Source: Cuniculiplasma divulgatum
Lineage (GTDB): Archaea; Thermoplasmatota; Thermoplasmata; Thermoplasmatales; Thermoplasmataceae
Reading direction: 5' to 3'
NCBI RefSeq assembly: GCF_900083515.1
Contig: NZ_LT671858.1
Coordinates: forward strand, 570,001-602,000
DNA: 32,000 bases
In this document: positions 1 to 10,290 of the stretch, piece after piece
Layout: each line of letters begins with the position of its first letter
Position numbering within the stretch: the first letter of the stretch is position 1
Program-made: the position numbers and the translations under genes
Notes under the pieces: generated by a model
The model's database searches: none
The model's input: only the letters and a program-made list of their open reading frames with translations
What the model was told of the DNA's origin: nothing

Positions 1-156
1 ATAATAATGGAAGGTGCTTACATATTGAGGAATAATATGAGCATTGAAGATCTTGTATCAATGACACACATATTTCCAACAATTTCAGAGGGAATAAAGA
101 TTGCAGCCCAATCCTACTCAAGGGATATTTCAAAAATGAGTTGCTGCATGGAGTAA
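1..156 (+). CDS. merA: 3' end of an FAD-dependent pyridine nucleotide-disulfide oxidoreductase, mercuric reductase-like (5' part outside window)
   Basis: Frame 1 is open from nt 1 to TAA 154-156. Translation ...MTHIFPTISEGIKIAAQSYSRDISKMSCCME has the H-x-x-P-T-x-S-E dimerisation-domain motif and ends in the vicinal Cys-Cys pair typical of MerA C-termini. Confidence 0.55.
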   Translation: MIMEGAYILRNNMSIEDLVSMTHIFPTISEGIKIAAQSYSRDISKMSCCME

Positions 157-213
157 GAAAAAATTTTTCAATATTTTTATGCGAGCTATCAATCCGGTCT
201 CAAAGGATCTAAG

Positions 214-1005
214 ATGAAAAAGTTGAGGCTCATAAAATATCCCGGTTCAAAGTGGGTTTCCATTCCTGATATAAGGGAAGTTTGGAAAAAATCAAATATG
301 GAAGCATTCGCTGATGTTTTTGGAGGATCAGCAACGGTTTCACTAAACATGGGTGCAGAGAACGTAATATATAACGAATTAAACACTCAATTATACAATC
401 TTTTACTGAGCCTCAGAGATTCATACGATTCGTTTATGGAATATGTAAAACAGTGGTTGACCTCACCAAAAAGTTTTATGGAATTCAGGAAGCAGTTGAA
501 GGAAGAATCAGATGAAAAAAGGGAGGACAGAACATACAGTGCCTTCAAAACATTTTACAGGTATAACACAACCTTTGGTGGAATGGGAGAAACATATTCA
601 ACATCAAGGGAAAAGAGTACCTTCACGGCAATGGGTAAAACAATTGGCGTTCTCCCGGCAATACACAAGACCATATCTACCTGGAAACTGGAAAACATGG
701 ATTTCCTTGCATTCATAAGGAAATATGACAGTGAAAAAACTTTTCTGTATATGGATCCACCATATCCTGGCAAGAACTGGTATGAGCACAATTTTTCCAT
801 AAAGGATTACAGAGATCTTTCTTCTGTCAGGAAGGAAATGAGAGGAAAATATCTGATGAATTTTGACCGGGGGAGTGAGCAGATTACAAAGGTTTTTGGT
901 GAACCACAGTTCATAAGAAAATACGAGAACAAAAATGGAAATGGCGAAGATATGGAAGAGCCATTCAGATACATCTCATTTTACACAAATGTACTGAATA
1001 AATAG
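214..1005 (+). CDS. Dam-like (D12 class, alpha-type) N6-adenine DNA methyltransferase, no adjacent restriction gene
   Basis: N-terminal IKYPGSKW (Dam YxGxK motif), motif I DVFGGSATV (FxGxG) and motif IV YMDPPYPG (DPPY), in the order I then IV. Confidence 0.8.
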   Translation: MKKLRLIKYPGSKWVSIPDIREVWKKSNMEAFADVFGGSATVSLNMGAENVIYNELNTQLYNLLLSLRDSYDSFMEYVKQWLTSPKSFMEFRKQLKEESDEKREDRTYSAFKTFYRYNTTFGGMGETYSTSREKSTFTAMGKTIGVLPAIHKTISTWKLENMDFLAFIRKYDSEKTFLYMDPPYPGKNWYEHNFSIKDYRDLSSVRKEMRGKYLMNFDRGSEQITKVFGEPQFIRKYENKNGNGEDMEEPFRYISFYTNVLNK

Positions 1006-1106
1006 ACCAAATTTTGATCTTCGATTGAATTAGTGTTTTATTGACTCTTCAATTATAATATTGATGTGTGAAAAAAAATTAAAAACAATATATGTAATGA
1101 AACCAT

Positions 1107-3056
1107 GTGGGTAGGATAAGTTTGGATCAATACGACGCATCACAGATACAGATACTTGAGGGATTGAAGGCCGTAAGAAAAGTGCCAGGAATGTATATAG
1201 GTAATACTGGAGAGGGCGGTCTTCACCATCTTGTTTACGAGGTTGTAGATAACTGCGTTGATGAAGCGAACGCAGGATTTGCAGATAAGGTATTTATAAC
1301 GCTTGGAAGAGACGGTAGTGTAACAGTTGAGGATAATGGAAGAGGCATTCCAGTGGACATACACCCTCAATACAAGAGACCGGCACTTGAAATAGTGCTG
1401 ACGGAGTTACACAGCGGTGCAAAATTTGACAAAAAGGTTTACAAGGTTACTGGCGGTCTTCATGGGGTAGGAGTACACGTTGTTAATGCACTCTCAGAAA
1501 AACTTATTGCTGTAATTAAAAGAAATGGGAATATTTATTATGAAATTTTCAGGAGAGGCATACCAGATGGTCATCTGATAACAGTAAAGGAAGATGAAAA
1601 GGATAATGATCCAATTCTGAAGGATATAACACTCAATTTAAAGAGTGAATCCGGTACAACAATTAAATTCTGGCCTGATCCAGAAATTTTCCAGGAGACA
1701 GTATACAGTTACGAAATTCTAGAACGAAGAATGAGGGAACTGGCATATCTAAATCCCAATATATTCTTTGAGATGAGGGATGAAAGATCAGGAAAGAAAG
1801 ATACATTTCATTTTTCAGGAGGGTTATCCGAATTTGTATCATATCTTTCTGAAGGATATGATCTGCTTTTAAAGGAAACAATCAGGGGGCAGGAAGAAAA
1901 ATCAGATGTGGTTGTTGAATTTGCACTTCAGTATTCTTCAAATTCCATGGAGGTCATGAAGTCCTTTGTAAACAATATCAGAACGGACGAAGGCGGAACT
2001 CACGTTGCCGGTTTTAGGACGGGACTGTCTAAGGCAATTCTGGATTTTGCAAAGAAGAATAACCTCGTAAAGGGGGTGGACAATTTAATTGGAGATGACG
2101 TAAGGGATGGACTTGTTGCTGTTCTGCACATAAAAATGTATAATCCGCAGTTTGAGGGGCAGACAAAGGAAAAACTGGGAAATGGTGAAATCAAGGGTAT
2201 TGTGCAGTCCATACTGGAAAGTCAGATGAAGTTTTATCTGGAAAGCTATCCACATGTGGCCAATCTCATAGTAAGAAGAGCATTAATGGCTGCAGAGGCA
2301 AGAGAGGCATCCAGAAATGCCAAAGAACTCATAAAGAAGAGGTCAAGCCTGGGGACCGGGAGTATGCCGGGCAAGCTTGCAGACTGCTCATCATCAGATC
2401 CATCAAAAACAGAGATATATATTGTGGAGGGAGACTCTGCAGGTGGATCTGCTAAACAGGCAAGAAACAGGGAATATCAGGCAGTAATGCCACTCAGGGG
2501 CAAAATTCTGAATGTGGAAAAGGCAAATGACAGCAAAACATTCGCCAATCAGATAATCAAGGATCTTATCATAGTGCTCGGTACAGGCGTGGGAGATGAA
2601 TTAAATCTTGACACTTTAAGATACGGAAAAATAATAATCATGACCGATGCCGATGTGGACGGTGCACATATAAGAACCCTGCTACTTACATTCTTCTACA
2701 GGCATGCACTGAAACTGATCAAAAATGGAAACATATATTTTGCAGAGCCACCGCTCTACAGGGTACAGAAGGGTGACAAGGTCTACTATGTATATTCCGA
2801 GGAGGAAAGGGATAAGATAGTAACAGAACTTGGTAAAAATGTGGTAACACAGAGGTTCAAGGGTCTTGGGGAAATGAACCCTGAGCAGCTTTGGGATACG
2901 GCTATGAATCCTGATACCAGACGACTGGTAAGGGTAGATGTTGAAGATGCAGATGAGGCAGATCACACCTTTTCAATTCTCATGGGAGACAAGGTAGAAC
3001 CAAGAAGAAGATTCATAGAAGAGAATGCAAAGTACGTGGAGGAAATCGATTTTTAA
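1107..3056 (+). CDS. gyrB: DNA gyrase subunit B
   Basis: GTG start. GHKL ATPase motifs (LHHLVYEVVDNCVDEA, DNGRGIPV, GGLHGVG), Toprim EIYIVEGDSAGGSAKQ and IMTDADVDGAHI, and a C-terminal KGLGEM motif. Confidence 0.97.
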   Translation: MGRISLDQYDASQIQILEGLKAVRKVPGMYIGNTGEGGLHHLVYEVVDNCVDEANAGFADKVFITLGRDGSVTVEDNGRGIPVDIHPQYKRPALEIVLTELHSGAKFDKKVYKVTGGLHGVGVHVVNALSEKLIAVIKRNGNIYYEIFRRGIPDGHLITVKEDEKDNDPILKDITLNLKSESGTTIKFWPDPEIFQETVYSYEILERRMRELAYLNPNIFFEMRDERSGKKDTFHFSGGLSEFVSYLSEGYDLLLKETIRGQEEKSDVVVEFALQYSSNSMEVMKSFVNNIRTDEGGTHVAGFRTGLSKAILDFAKKNNLVKGVDNLIGDDVRDGLVAVLHIKMYNPQFEGQTKEKLGNGEIKGIVQSILESQMKFYLESYPHVANLIVRRALMAAEAREASRNAKELIKKRSSLGTGSMPGKLADCSSSDPSKTEIYIVEGDSAGGSAKQARNREYQAVMPLRGKILNVEKANDSKTFANQIIKDLIIVLGTGVGDELNLDTLRYGKIIIMTDADVDGAHIRTLLLTFFYRHALKLIKNGNIYFAEPPLYRVQKGDKVYYVYSEEERDKIVTELGKNVVTQRFKGLGEMNPEQLWDTAMNPDTRRLVRVDVEDADEADHTFSILMGDKVEPRRRFIEENAKYVEEIDF

Positions 3057-3066
3057 GGTGATCTGA

Positions 3067-5457
3067 ATGGAATTGAAACCAGTAGAAACAGAAATTAAAA
3101 AGTCCTATCTCGAATATGCAATGAGTGTAATCGTAAGCAGGGCAATCCCGGATGTTAGGGATGGATTGAAGCCAGTACAGAGAAGGATACTCTATTCAAT
3201 GTATGAAAACAATTTCACACATGACAAACCATACAGAAAGTCTGCAAGGATAGTTGGGGAGGCCATGGGTAAATATCATCCTCACGGGGACAGTGCAATT
3301 TATGATGCAATGGCAAGGATGGCGCAGGAATTCTCCCTGAGATATACACTTATTGATGGGCAGGGAAATTTTGGATCAATAGATGGAGATGCACCTGCTG
3401 CAATGAGGTATACAGAAGCAAGAACAAACCAGCTTGCAGAGGAGATGCTTAAGGATATAGACAAGAACACAGTACCGTTCAGGCTGAACTTTGACGGCTC
3501 CCTGCAGGAACCTGATTATCTTCCATCGGTAGTGCCAAATCTTCTAATAAATGGAAGTTCAGGAATAGCGGTGGGTATGGCTACCAACCTTCTTCCGCAC
3601 AATCTTACAGAGGTTGGAAATGGGATCATAGAACTTGTTAAGAATCCTGAGGCAACTGTAGAGGATCTGCTAAAGCATCTGAAGGGGCCAGATTTTCCAG
3701 GTGGTGGAATAATCTGGATGACAGAGGATTTGAAGAGGGCATACGAAACTGGAAGAGGCAAGGTCATATGTCGTGGAGAGGTCAATGCTGAGGATAAGAA
3801 AAGGATTGTAATTACAAGTCTACCATACGGTGTTAATAAGGTAACATTCCTCGAGAACGTTGTAAGACATGTTGATGATGGAAAGATAGAGGGAATTACT
3901 GACGTGAGGGATGAAAGCAACAGGGAAGGGATGAGAATAGTAATAAAAATCAGGGATGAGGACCGGAAAGGACTCATACTGAACCAGCTCTATTCAAAGA
4001 CTGAACTGGAGCAGAGCATTAGCATTAACAATCTGGTTCTTCTAAACAATGAGCCAAGGCAGATGAACCTCAAGGAGTTAATGAAAAGCTACATAGATCA
4101 CAGATTAAAGGTTATCCTGAAAAGAAGCCAGTTTGATTATGATAAGCTAAAGGAGAGGGAACATGTACTGCTTGGGCTGGAGAAGGCCATAGAACAGCTT
4201 GATCTGGTAATATCCCTGATCAGAGGGAGCAGGGAAACAACTGAGGCAAGAACAAAATTAATGCAATCACTGGAATTAACGGAAATTCAGGCAAACGCCA
4301 TTCTTGACATGAGATTGCAAAGACTGACCTCACTGGAGCATGAAAAAATAAAGAAGGAGTTAGAGGAAACATTCAACGAACTGAAAAGGCTCAGCAATAT
4401 AATAAATAATGAAAGTGAGAGGGATAAAATTCTCATAGATGAAATACAGTACCTGATTAAGAAATACGGTGACGAAAGAAGAACCAAAGTTCAGATAGGT
4501 GGTCATGTCAATCTTTCAGAGGATCAGACAATCCCCGTTGAGGAGAGTGTCATAATACTAACAGAGAAAGGCTTCATCAAGAGGGTAACACTTGACGAAT
4601 ACCGCGCTCAGAAGAGAGGCGGTAAGGGTGTGCAGACAAGCGTGAGAGACGAAGATCAGGTGAGATCGCTTATTCACTGCAGTTCCCATGATAACGTTCT
4701 CTTTTTCACAAACACAGGAAGGGTATTCAAGATAAAGGCTTACAGGATAGAGAGCAAGAGCAGAACAGGGGTAGGAGTGATCGGTTCAGCATTCCTCAGG
4801 CTTGCAGAGAGTGAAAGATTAACAGAAGTTCTCAAATTTGAGGAAAGTGAGGGAGCATTCCTTATCATGGCAACCAGAGGTGGCTATATTAAAAAGACAT
4901 CTGTGGAGGATTTTGCAAATATCAACTCAGCGGGAATCAGGGCAATAAACCTTGAGGATGGAGATGAACTTGTATCTGCGTTCATATTAGAATCCGATCA
5001 TGATATTGTTGTAATATCTAGCAATGGAAAGGCAGCACGTTTCAGATCAGATGAGATCAGGGCCACAGGAAGGACGTCCAGGGGTGTCATATCAATGAGA
5101 GTTCAGGGAAATGAGTTTGTGATCAAGGCCTTCGCCATTGAATCAGGTCAGAACATACTGACTGTATCCTCAAGGGGAATTGGAAAGAGAACAGAGGAAA
5201 ATGAGTTCACCAGTCATCACAGAGGAAGCATGGGAGTGAAGGTTATGAAGATCACTGAGAAGACTGGAAAGATAGTGGATGCCATTCCTGTAAATGAAAA
5301 TGACGAGATCATAATAATGACAAGAAATGAACAGACCATTAGAATCAGGGCTTCAACAATAAGAGAGGTGAGCAGAAACTCCCAGGGTGTGAAACTTATG
5401 GATGTAGGTGAGGATGATGAGGTCATTTCAGTTGGAAAAGTGGAGCTGGAACAATGA
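3067..5457 (+). CDS. gyrA: DNA gyrase subunit A
   Basis: RAIPDVRDGLKPVQRRILY, the HPHGDSAIYDAMARMAQ motif, active-site AAMRYTEAR, and a C-terminal beta-pinwheel repeat region. Starts 10 nt after gyrB. Confidence 0.97.
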   Translation: MELKPVETEIKKSYLEYAMSVIVSRAIPDVRDGLKPVQRRILYSMYENNFTHDKPYRKSARIVGEAMGKYHPHGDSAIYDAMARMAQEFSLRYTLIDGQGNFGSIDGDAPAAMRYTEARTNQLAEEMLKDIDKNTVPFRLNFDGSLQEPDYLPSVVPNLLINGSSGIAVGMATNLLPHNLTEVGNGIIELVKNPEATVEDLLKHLKGPDFPGGGIIWMTEDLKRAYETGRGKVICRGEVNAEDKKRIVITSLPYGVNKVTFLENVVRHVDDGKIEGITDVRDESNREGMRIVIKIRDEDRKGLILNQLYSKTELEQSISINNLVLLNNEPRQMNLKELMKSYIDHRLKVILKRSQFDYDKLKEREHVLLGLEKAIEQLDLVISLIRGSRETTEARTKLMQSLELTEIQANAILDMRLQRLTSLEHEKIKKELEETFNELKRLSNIINNESERDKILIDEIQYLIKKYGDERRTKVQIGGHVNLSEDQTIPVEESVIILTEKGFIKRVTLDEYRAQKRGGKGVQTSVRDEDQVRSLIHCSSHDNVLFFTNTGRVFKIKAYRIESKSRTGVGVIGSAFLRLAESERLTEVLKFEESEGAFLIMATRGGYIKKTSVEDFANINSAGIRAINLEDGDELVSAFILESDHDIVVISSNGKAARFRSDEIRATGRTSRGVISMRVQGNEFVIKAFAIESGQNILTVSSRGIGKRTEENEFTSHHRGSMGVKVMKITEKTGKIVDAIPVNENDEIIIMTRNEQTIRIRASTIREVSRNSQGVKLMDVGEDDEVISVGKVELEQ

Positions 5458-6377
5458 GGAAACTGTATCTAGCAGGGACAGGAAACGTTTCCAAAAACCT
5501 CCTATCACTTATTTCTAACCTAAATTCTGATATAAAGATCATGGGGATCGAGAATTCAAGAGGTCAGCTATTCTCAGAAGAAAGTCTCTCCATGGCTGAT
5601 ATCAATAATTTCATGAAATCACCACAGGACTACAGGAAATCAGTGAATATCAGTAAGATGGATTTTGATATTTATGTGGACATGAGGACAGCATCAAAAA
5701 ATGGTGAAAGAGAAAGGGATGATTATATCACTCTGATGAAAAATGGTAAGCACATTGTAACAGCCAACAAATCTGGACTTGCAAACTTCTTTCCTGAAAT
5801 AGGAAAAGCATCCTCAGAATTTGACAAAAAGCTCTATTTCGAGGCAACAGTTGCAGGCGGTCTGCCAGTATTCTCACTCACTAGAAGCAGTTTTCCATCA
5901 TTCACTGTAAACAGTTTCACAGGTGTTGTGAATCTTACATCGAATTTTATAATGAAGAAGGTAAACGATGGAATGAATCTTGAAGAGGCCAAAAGGAAAG
6001 CTATGGAAGAGGGTGTTGCAGAAACAGATATGACTGATGATCTGGATGGCACAGATTCCGCAAGAAAGGCAGTGATTATAGCAAATTCCCTTTTCCATAA
6101 ACCAATGAGGCTGAAGGACCTGAAATACTCCGGAATCGATGAAAATAATATTAAAAAGAACGAAATGCTGCTCGCAAAAATCTCAATGAATAAGGAGTTT
6201 AGTGTTGAATCACGGGTATTCACACTGAACAGTGAAGATCCATTCCTGAAACTTGCACCAATGGGTATGGCATGCAGTATCGGGTTTAAAGAAAGGAATC
6301 CTGTATATATATCAGAGGATATGGATGGACCTCTTGAAACCGCGGGGGGAGTTTTAAGCGATATTTTATCTGTTTAG
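5454..6377 (+). CDS. hom: Homoserine dehydrogenase
   Basis: N-terminal LAGTGNVSKNL dinucleotide-binding loop, TANKSGLA, FEATVAGGLPV and DLDGTDSARKAVIIAN motifs. ATGA overlap with the gyrA stop. Confidence 0.8.
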   Translation: MRKLYLAGTGNVSKNLLSLISNLNSDIKIMGIENSRGQLFSEESLSMADINNFMKSPQDYRKSVNISKMDFDIYVDMRTASKNGERERDDYITLMKNGKHIVTANKSGLANFFPEIGKASSEFDKKLYFEATVAGGLPVFSLTRSSFPSFTVNSFTGVVNLTSNFIMKKVNDGMNLEEAKRKAMEEGVAETDMTDDLDGTDSARKAVIIANSLFHKPMRLKDLKYSGIDENNIKKNEMLLAKISMNKEFSVESRVFTLNSEDPFLKLAPMGMACSIGFKERNPVYISEDMDGPLETAGGVLSDILSV

Positions 6378-6501
6378 AACTTCCCTTGTGCAAAATATAT
6401 ACTGGTTCATCGGTTTAAGATCCATTACTACCATTAGCAAATAAAAGCAGAAACTTTGAAACTACTTTTTTGAAAATATTACATTATTATATGTTTAAAC
6501 T

Positions 6502-7437
6502 TTATAATGCAAGCAATGGCACATACTGGGTCAGGATCAGAACACACAGGAAGGATATCCCAATGAATGAATTTGAATTCAGGAAAGAAACTCTCACCGT
6601 TGAAGGATCATCAGGATCAAGAACATAATGCTGGTATATTATGAGAAAATATATCAGAATAAGTTCAGCAACATACAGATAACTGCTGATGTAAAATATA
6701 AGCAATGTGAAAAAAAGTAGTGTAAATGCATGGGTAATATCTGAAATGATCATTCCCTTTTTGACACCATAGGCAGTCATCACGGTTTTTAAATTATTCT
6801 CCCTGTCATAGTCTACATCCGGTATTGTATACACCATGTCAAAACCGCCTATCCAGGTTGCAGTTGTAACCACAAGAATATATATCTCTGGAGATGAAGG
6901 AAAGTGAGGTATAACCGCGAGATAACCGGCCATCACTCCCACGCCTATGGTCAATCCCATGAAGAAGTGCCTCCATCTTGTAACTCTCTTTAGCATTGGA
7001 TCAATTATGAAGAGTGCCAAAACTATAGGAGAAAGAATAAGCACAAAGCGATTTAGAAGAAACGTACACAGCTCAAAGAGTGCTGCTGTTATAACTGTAA
7101 AGGTAATGGCACTGGTCATGGAAAGTGATCCTGTTACCAGTCCCCATTTCCTTTTACGTGGATTGATCACATCATATTTTCTTCCAAGCAGTCTGTTGAT
7201 GGACATACCGGTGGCCCTTGCCAGTGTACCTGCCAGAATTACAAGAATGATGATCCTGGTGCCCGGATATTTTCCTGCCGCAATGAAGCTGCCTGCCACT
7301 ATAAAGGGTATATCAAAAACAGTATGTTCCAGTTTTATGTAATCTACGAATCCTTTTAATTTTGATTCGTGAACTTCTTTCTCAGTTGATCTACTCTCTC
7401 CTGAATATCCTGTTTCATTGAAAGCGTTTCTGGCCAT
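6502..7437 (-). CDS. UbiA-family aromatic prenyltransferase (divergent first Asp-rich motif)
   Basis: Polytopic membrane protein. It aligns to the UbiA motif region as INRLLGRKYDVINPRKRKWGLVTG, and the second motif DVDYDRENNLKT is present. Only one in-frame ATG, at 7437, which overlaps the ubiD-like 3' end by 82 nt. No in-frame ATG/GTG/TTG seen in the first codons downstream of the ubiD stop that I translated. Confidence 0.75.
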   Translation of the reverse strand: MARNAFNETGYSGESRSTEKEVHESKLKGFVDYIKLEHTVFDIPFIVAGSFIAAGKYPGTRIIILVILAGTLARATGMSINRLLGRKYDVINPRKRKWGLVTGSLSMTSAITFTVITAALFELCTFLLNRFVLILSPIVLALFIIDPMLKRVTRWRHFFMGLTIGVGVMAGYLAVIPHFPSSPEIYILVVTTATWIGGFDMVYTIPDVDYDRENNLKTVMTAYGVKKGMIISDITHAFTLLFFTLLIFYISSYLYVAELILIYFLIIYQHYVLDPDDPSTVRVSFLNSNSFIGISFLCVLILTQYVPLLAL

Positions 7438-8801
7438 GGCCTGTTAAATCCCTCCGATTTCCATTTCCTTGTGGCATCTATGCCCATCTTCGATCCATAG
7501 TTCAAAAGCGAAGAGGCATGATCAAGCGTATCCGTATGAGTTCCCGGGATAATAATAACATCTCTTGCAGGATCAATCCTCGTGCTCATGGCCCATATTA
7601 CCTGTTTTCTGTCATGAACATTGATGTCATCATCAACAATGAGCACTATCTTGGAGAACATCAACTGACCGGTACCCCACACAGCGAACATAACCTTCTT
7701 GGCATGTCCCGGGAAGCGCTTCTTTATGGAAACCACGATCATATCATGGAACACTGCTTCCTCCATTGTATTCATGTCAACTATCTCTGGTATCTGTAAC
7801 TTCACCAGAGGAAGGAATAGCCTTTCTATGGATTTTCCCATAATCACATCCTCGTGCCACAGCTTTCCAACAATGGTTGTTGGGTATACAGGATTCTTTT
7901 TCTCAACTATCTTCCTGATGTGAAAAATTGGAAACACTTCCTGCAGGGAATAATATCCTGTGTGATCTCCGAAGGGTCCTTCTATTCTTGATTCTGATGA
8001 GTCAATATATCCTTCAAGAACGATCTCGGAATTCATTGGGTAATGATGATCAACGCTCTGTCCTTTCACAAGATTTGGTCTTTCCTTGCTAATAAGACCC
8101 CAGAATGAGAATTCATCCAGAGGGTCCGGTAAGGGTGCAACTGCTGAGAATATTGTAAGTGGATCTGTTCCCAGTGTAACGGAAACATCCATGATCTTTC
8201 CCTTCTCCTTATACTCATCAAAATGTTTTGCACCATCCTTGTGTATCTGCCAGTGCATTCCCATGGTTTCTGAATCATATTTCTGCATCCTGTACATGCC
8301 TGCATTTTTTCTGCCTGTTTCAGGATCACTTGTAATTACAACTGGTAATGTAATAAAGGGTCCTGCATCATCCGGCCAGGTTGTGCATATGGGATATCTG
8401 TCCAGATCTACAGAATCGATTACGCTGTATGAGGACGGTAATCTGTCATGCAACTTTGGTCTGAGACCTCCAAGTTCCTTAAGCATCTCCATGCCCCTGC
8501 CGATGAGGGATTCACTTTCCTTTGGTGGCCTTATGAGATTTCGCATTGCATTTCCAATGTTTTCTGGCTTATCCCCAAGAATGGAATTCATTTTCTCCTG
8601 GGTTGAAAATATGTTTCCAACAACAGGTATGTCATAACCCTTTACATTATCAAAAAGAATTGTACGTCCCTTTCCAGCCCTTTCCTCCTCACTCAGTATC
8701 CATGTGAGTTCCAGTTCGGTGCTCACTTCATCATCAATCTGGATAAAATCATTCTTTTTCTTTCGATCTGAAATGAAGTCCTGAAGATCATCATAAGTCA
8801 T
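7356..8801 (-). CDS. ubiD: UbiD-family (prenyl-FMN dependent) aromatic decarboxylase
   Basis: 481 aa. Overall UbiD-like sequence (ILFDNVKGYDIPVVGNIF, GMYRMQ, HWQIHKDGA, EGPFGDHTGYY), immediately upstream of the UbiA-like gene. Confidence 0.88.
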   Translation of the reverse strand: MTYDDLQDFISDRKKKNDFIQIDDEVSTELELTWILSEEERAGKGRTILFDNVKGYDIPVVGNIFSTQEKMNSILGDKPENIGNAMRNLIRPPKESESLIGRGMEMLKELGGLRPKLHDRLPSSYSVIDSVDLDRYPICTTWPDDAGPFITLPVVITSDPETGRKNAGMYRMQKYDSETMGMHWQIHKDGAKHFDEYKEKGKIMDVSVTLGTDPLTIFSAVAPLPDPLDEFSFWGLISKERPNLVKGQSVDHHYPMNSEIVLEGYIDSSESRIEGPFGDHTGYYSLQEVFPIFHIRKIVEKKNPVYPTTIVGKLWHEDVIMGKSIERLFLPLVKLQIPEIVDMNTMEEAVFHDMIVVSIKKRFPGHAKKVMFAVWGTGQLMFSKIVLIVDDDINVHDRKQVIWAMSTRIDPARDVIIIPGTHTDTLDHASSLLNYGSKMGIDATRKWKSEGFNRPWPETLSMKQDIQERVDQLRKKFTNQN

Positions 8802-8873
8802 GCACTCATATCCTTATTTTTGATTTATTGTTTTCTTTAATTTTTTTTGATAAAACATAAAATCCATTAGAAT

Positions 8874-9443
8874 TTACTTTATTTGCTCTGCAATCACCTT
8901 TACAAAACCTTCTGATAACTCCTTGCTGACAGATCTGAAATTGAATGCCATAAGGAAACCGTCTATGCCTGCAACTGTGCACTTTGAGGCTTCAAGGCTG
9001 TAACCGGCGCCAGAGAGTGTTACAGTAACTGAATCACCATTAAATTCTATATCAAGCATGCTCGCCGGAATTACCTCTTTGTATTCTTTCAGAACATTCT
9101 CAAGGTCTTTCAGGTTGTCTGCATACTTCTTCATTATGTCACCGGCCACGAAGCCACGATCATACCATTTCTTCAGTGTAGATTCTTCGGAAAATGACAT
9201 GGCATTCTTTATCATTCCATCAAGCAATATACTGGGTATTGGAACAGAATCTGTTTCCCTGAGGAATCCAAGCAGATACCCAGCCTTTTCAAGATCTTCA
9301 AGCCTAAGACCCATCTTATCTATTTTCATGTAGAATGAAATCGCCTCAGCCACAGTAGAACTAACGGTTTTCCGGCTCTTTTCGCACATATCGTTCAAAT
9401 CCTTCACAAGTTCGGGTCTGAGGCTCACGTTAATTCTAGACAT
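8874..9443 (-). CDS. Hypothetical protein with N-terminal ribbon-helix-helix (CopG-like) DNA-binding domain
   Basis: MSRINVSLRPELVKDLNDMCEKSRKTVSSTVAEAISFY fits an RHH beta-alpha-alpha pattern. I prefer ATG 9443 over the track's GTG 9464 because a TATA-like tataaata lies about 29 nt upstream of that ATG (leaderless geometry). Confidence 0.55.
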   Translation of the reverse strand: MSRINVSLRPELVKDLNDMCEKSRKTVSSTVAEAISFYMKIDKMGLRLEDLEKAGYLLGFLRETDSVPIPSILLDGMIKNAMSFSEESTLKKWYDRGFVAGDIMKKYADNLKDLENVLKEYKEVIPASMLDIEFNGDSVTVTLSGAGYSLEASKCTVAGIDGFLMAFNFRSVSKELSEGFVKVIAEQIK

Positions 9444-9612
9444 TGGTACAGTATCCAAGAACACAAAATAAATATTTATAACATATTTGCAATTTCAATT
9501 CTAATTTGCTGGATTACACAAATATCCACACTGATGCATAACTTCGTATCCAAATGCTAATTGTTGTGTATTATTATCCATTAACATAGATATATAATCC
9601 TCTCATATCTGA

Positions 9613-10290
9613 ATGATCATCATGTTAAACGTATTATTTGGTACTACTGTATTCGTATCTGTTGCCAGTTTTATACTGGCACTTTTCATGACAAGGAATT
9701 TCACATCCACCCATGGAAAAAGTCAGCTCTTCTGGTCAATCGGATTATGGTTGTTCTTTATAGATGCACTTCTGGAGATTCTATTCGCCATTGGGGCCGC
9801 TGATCAGGTTCTTTTTGATATCTATCTGTTCACAGTGGCAATTCTCGTCCAGTCTTTATCTATAGGTTCTATTCTTCTGCTTAAAAAGCCTAACTATAAC
9901 AGGACATACTCAATATTTTCCGTCATAGCCGATGTTCTCCTTGCCATAACACTGGTGATGTTTCCAACGGGAAATATTCTGGTTGGTGGTATAGTGGCTG
10001 GTGTACTTCCTCTGGCAGTCATAATAATGTCATCAATAATATCATTCCCTGCAGCACTAATACTTATTGCAACAGCCATAATATCATTCAGGAAAACCTC
10101 AAATAAGAAGATGATTAGCATAATCATAGGAACAATAATTGTAAGTGTTGCAGGATCACTTTATATTGTATCCTTCCCCGAAACACTTTATTATGCTGAA
10201 CTTCTCGGAATCATTTTCCTCTGGTCCGGGTTTTTCAATTTCAATTCAATAATAAGGAAAAAGGAGGTAAAAAATTATGCTGTCAGCTAA
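9613..10290 (+). CDS. Polytopic membrane protein of unknown function, upstream of cydA
   Basis: 225 aa with about 6-7 hydrophobic segments. Overlaps the cydA start by 14 nt, suggesting co-transcription. Confidence 0.6.
   Translation: MIIMLNVLFGTTVFVSVASFILALFMTRNFTSTHGKSQLFWSIGLWLFFIDALLEILFAIGAADQVLFDIYLFTVAILVQSLSIGSILLLKKPNYNRTYSIFSVIADVLLAITLVMFPTGNILVGGIVAGVLPLAVIIMSSIISFPAALILIATAIISFRKTSNKKMISIIIGTIIVSVAGSLYIVSFPETLYYAELLGIIFLWSGFFNFNSIIRKKEVKNYAVS

Noticed and set aside
3516-3977. Long antisense ORFs inside strongly supported genes (e.g. 3516..3977 in gyrA, 8086..8637 in ubiD, 5834..6223 in hom, 10624..11031 in cydA, 20084..20551 in the helicase)
   Set aside because: The Ser/Leu/Phe-rich translations are typical of the reverse strand of AT-rich coding DNA. 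Each is fully nested in a gene with clear family motifs.
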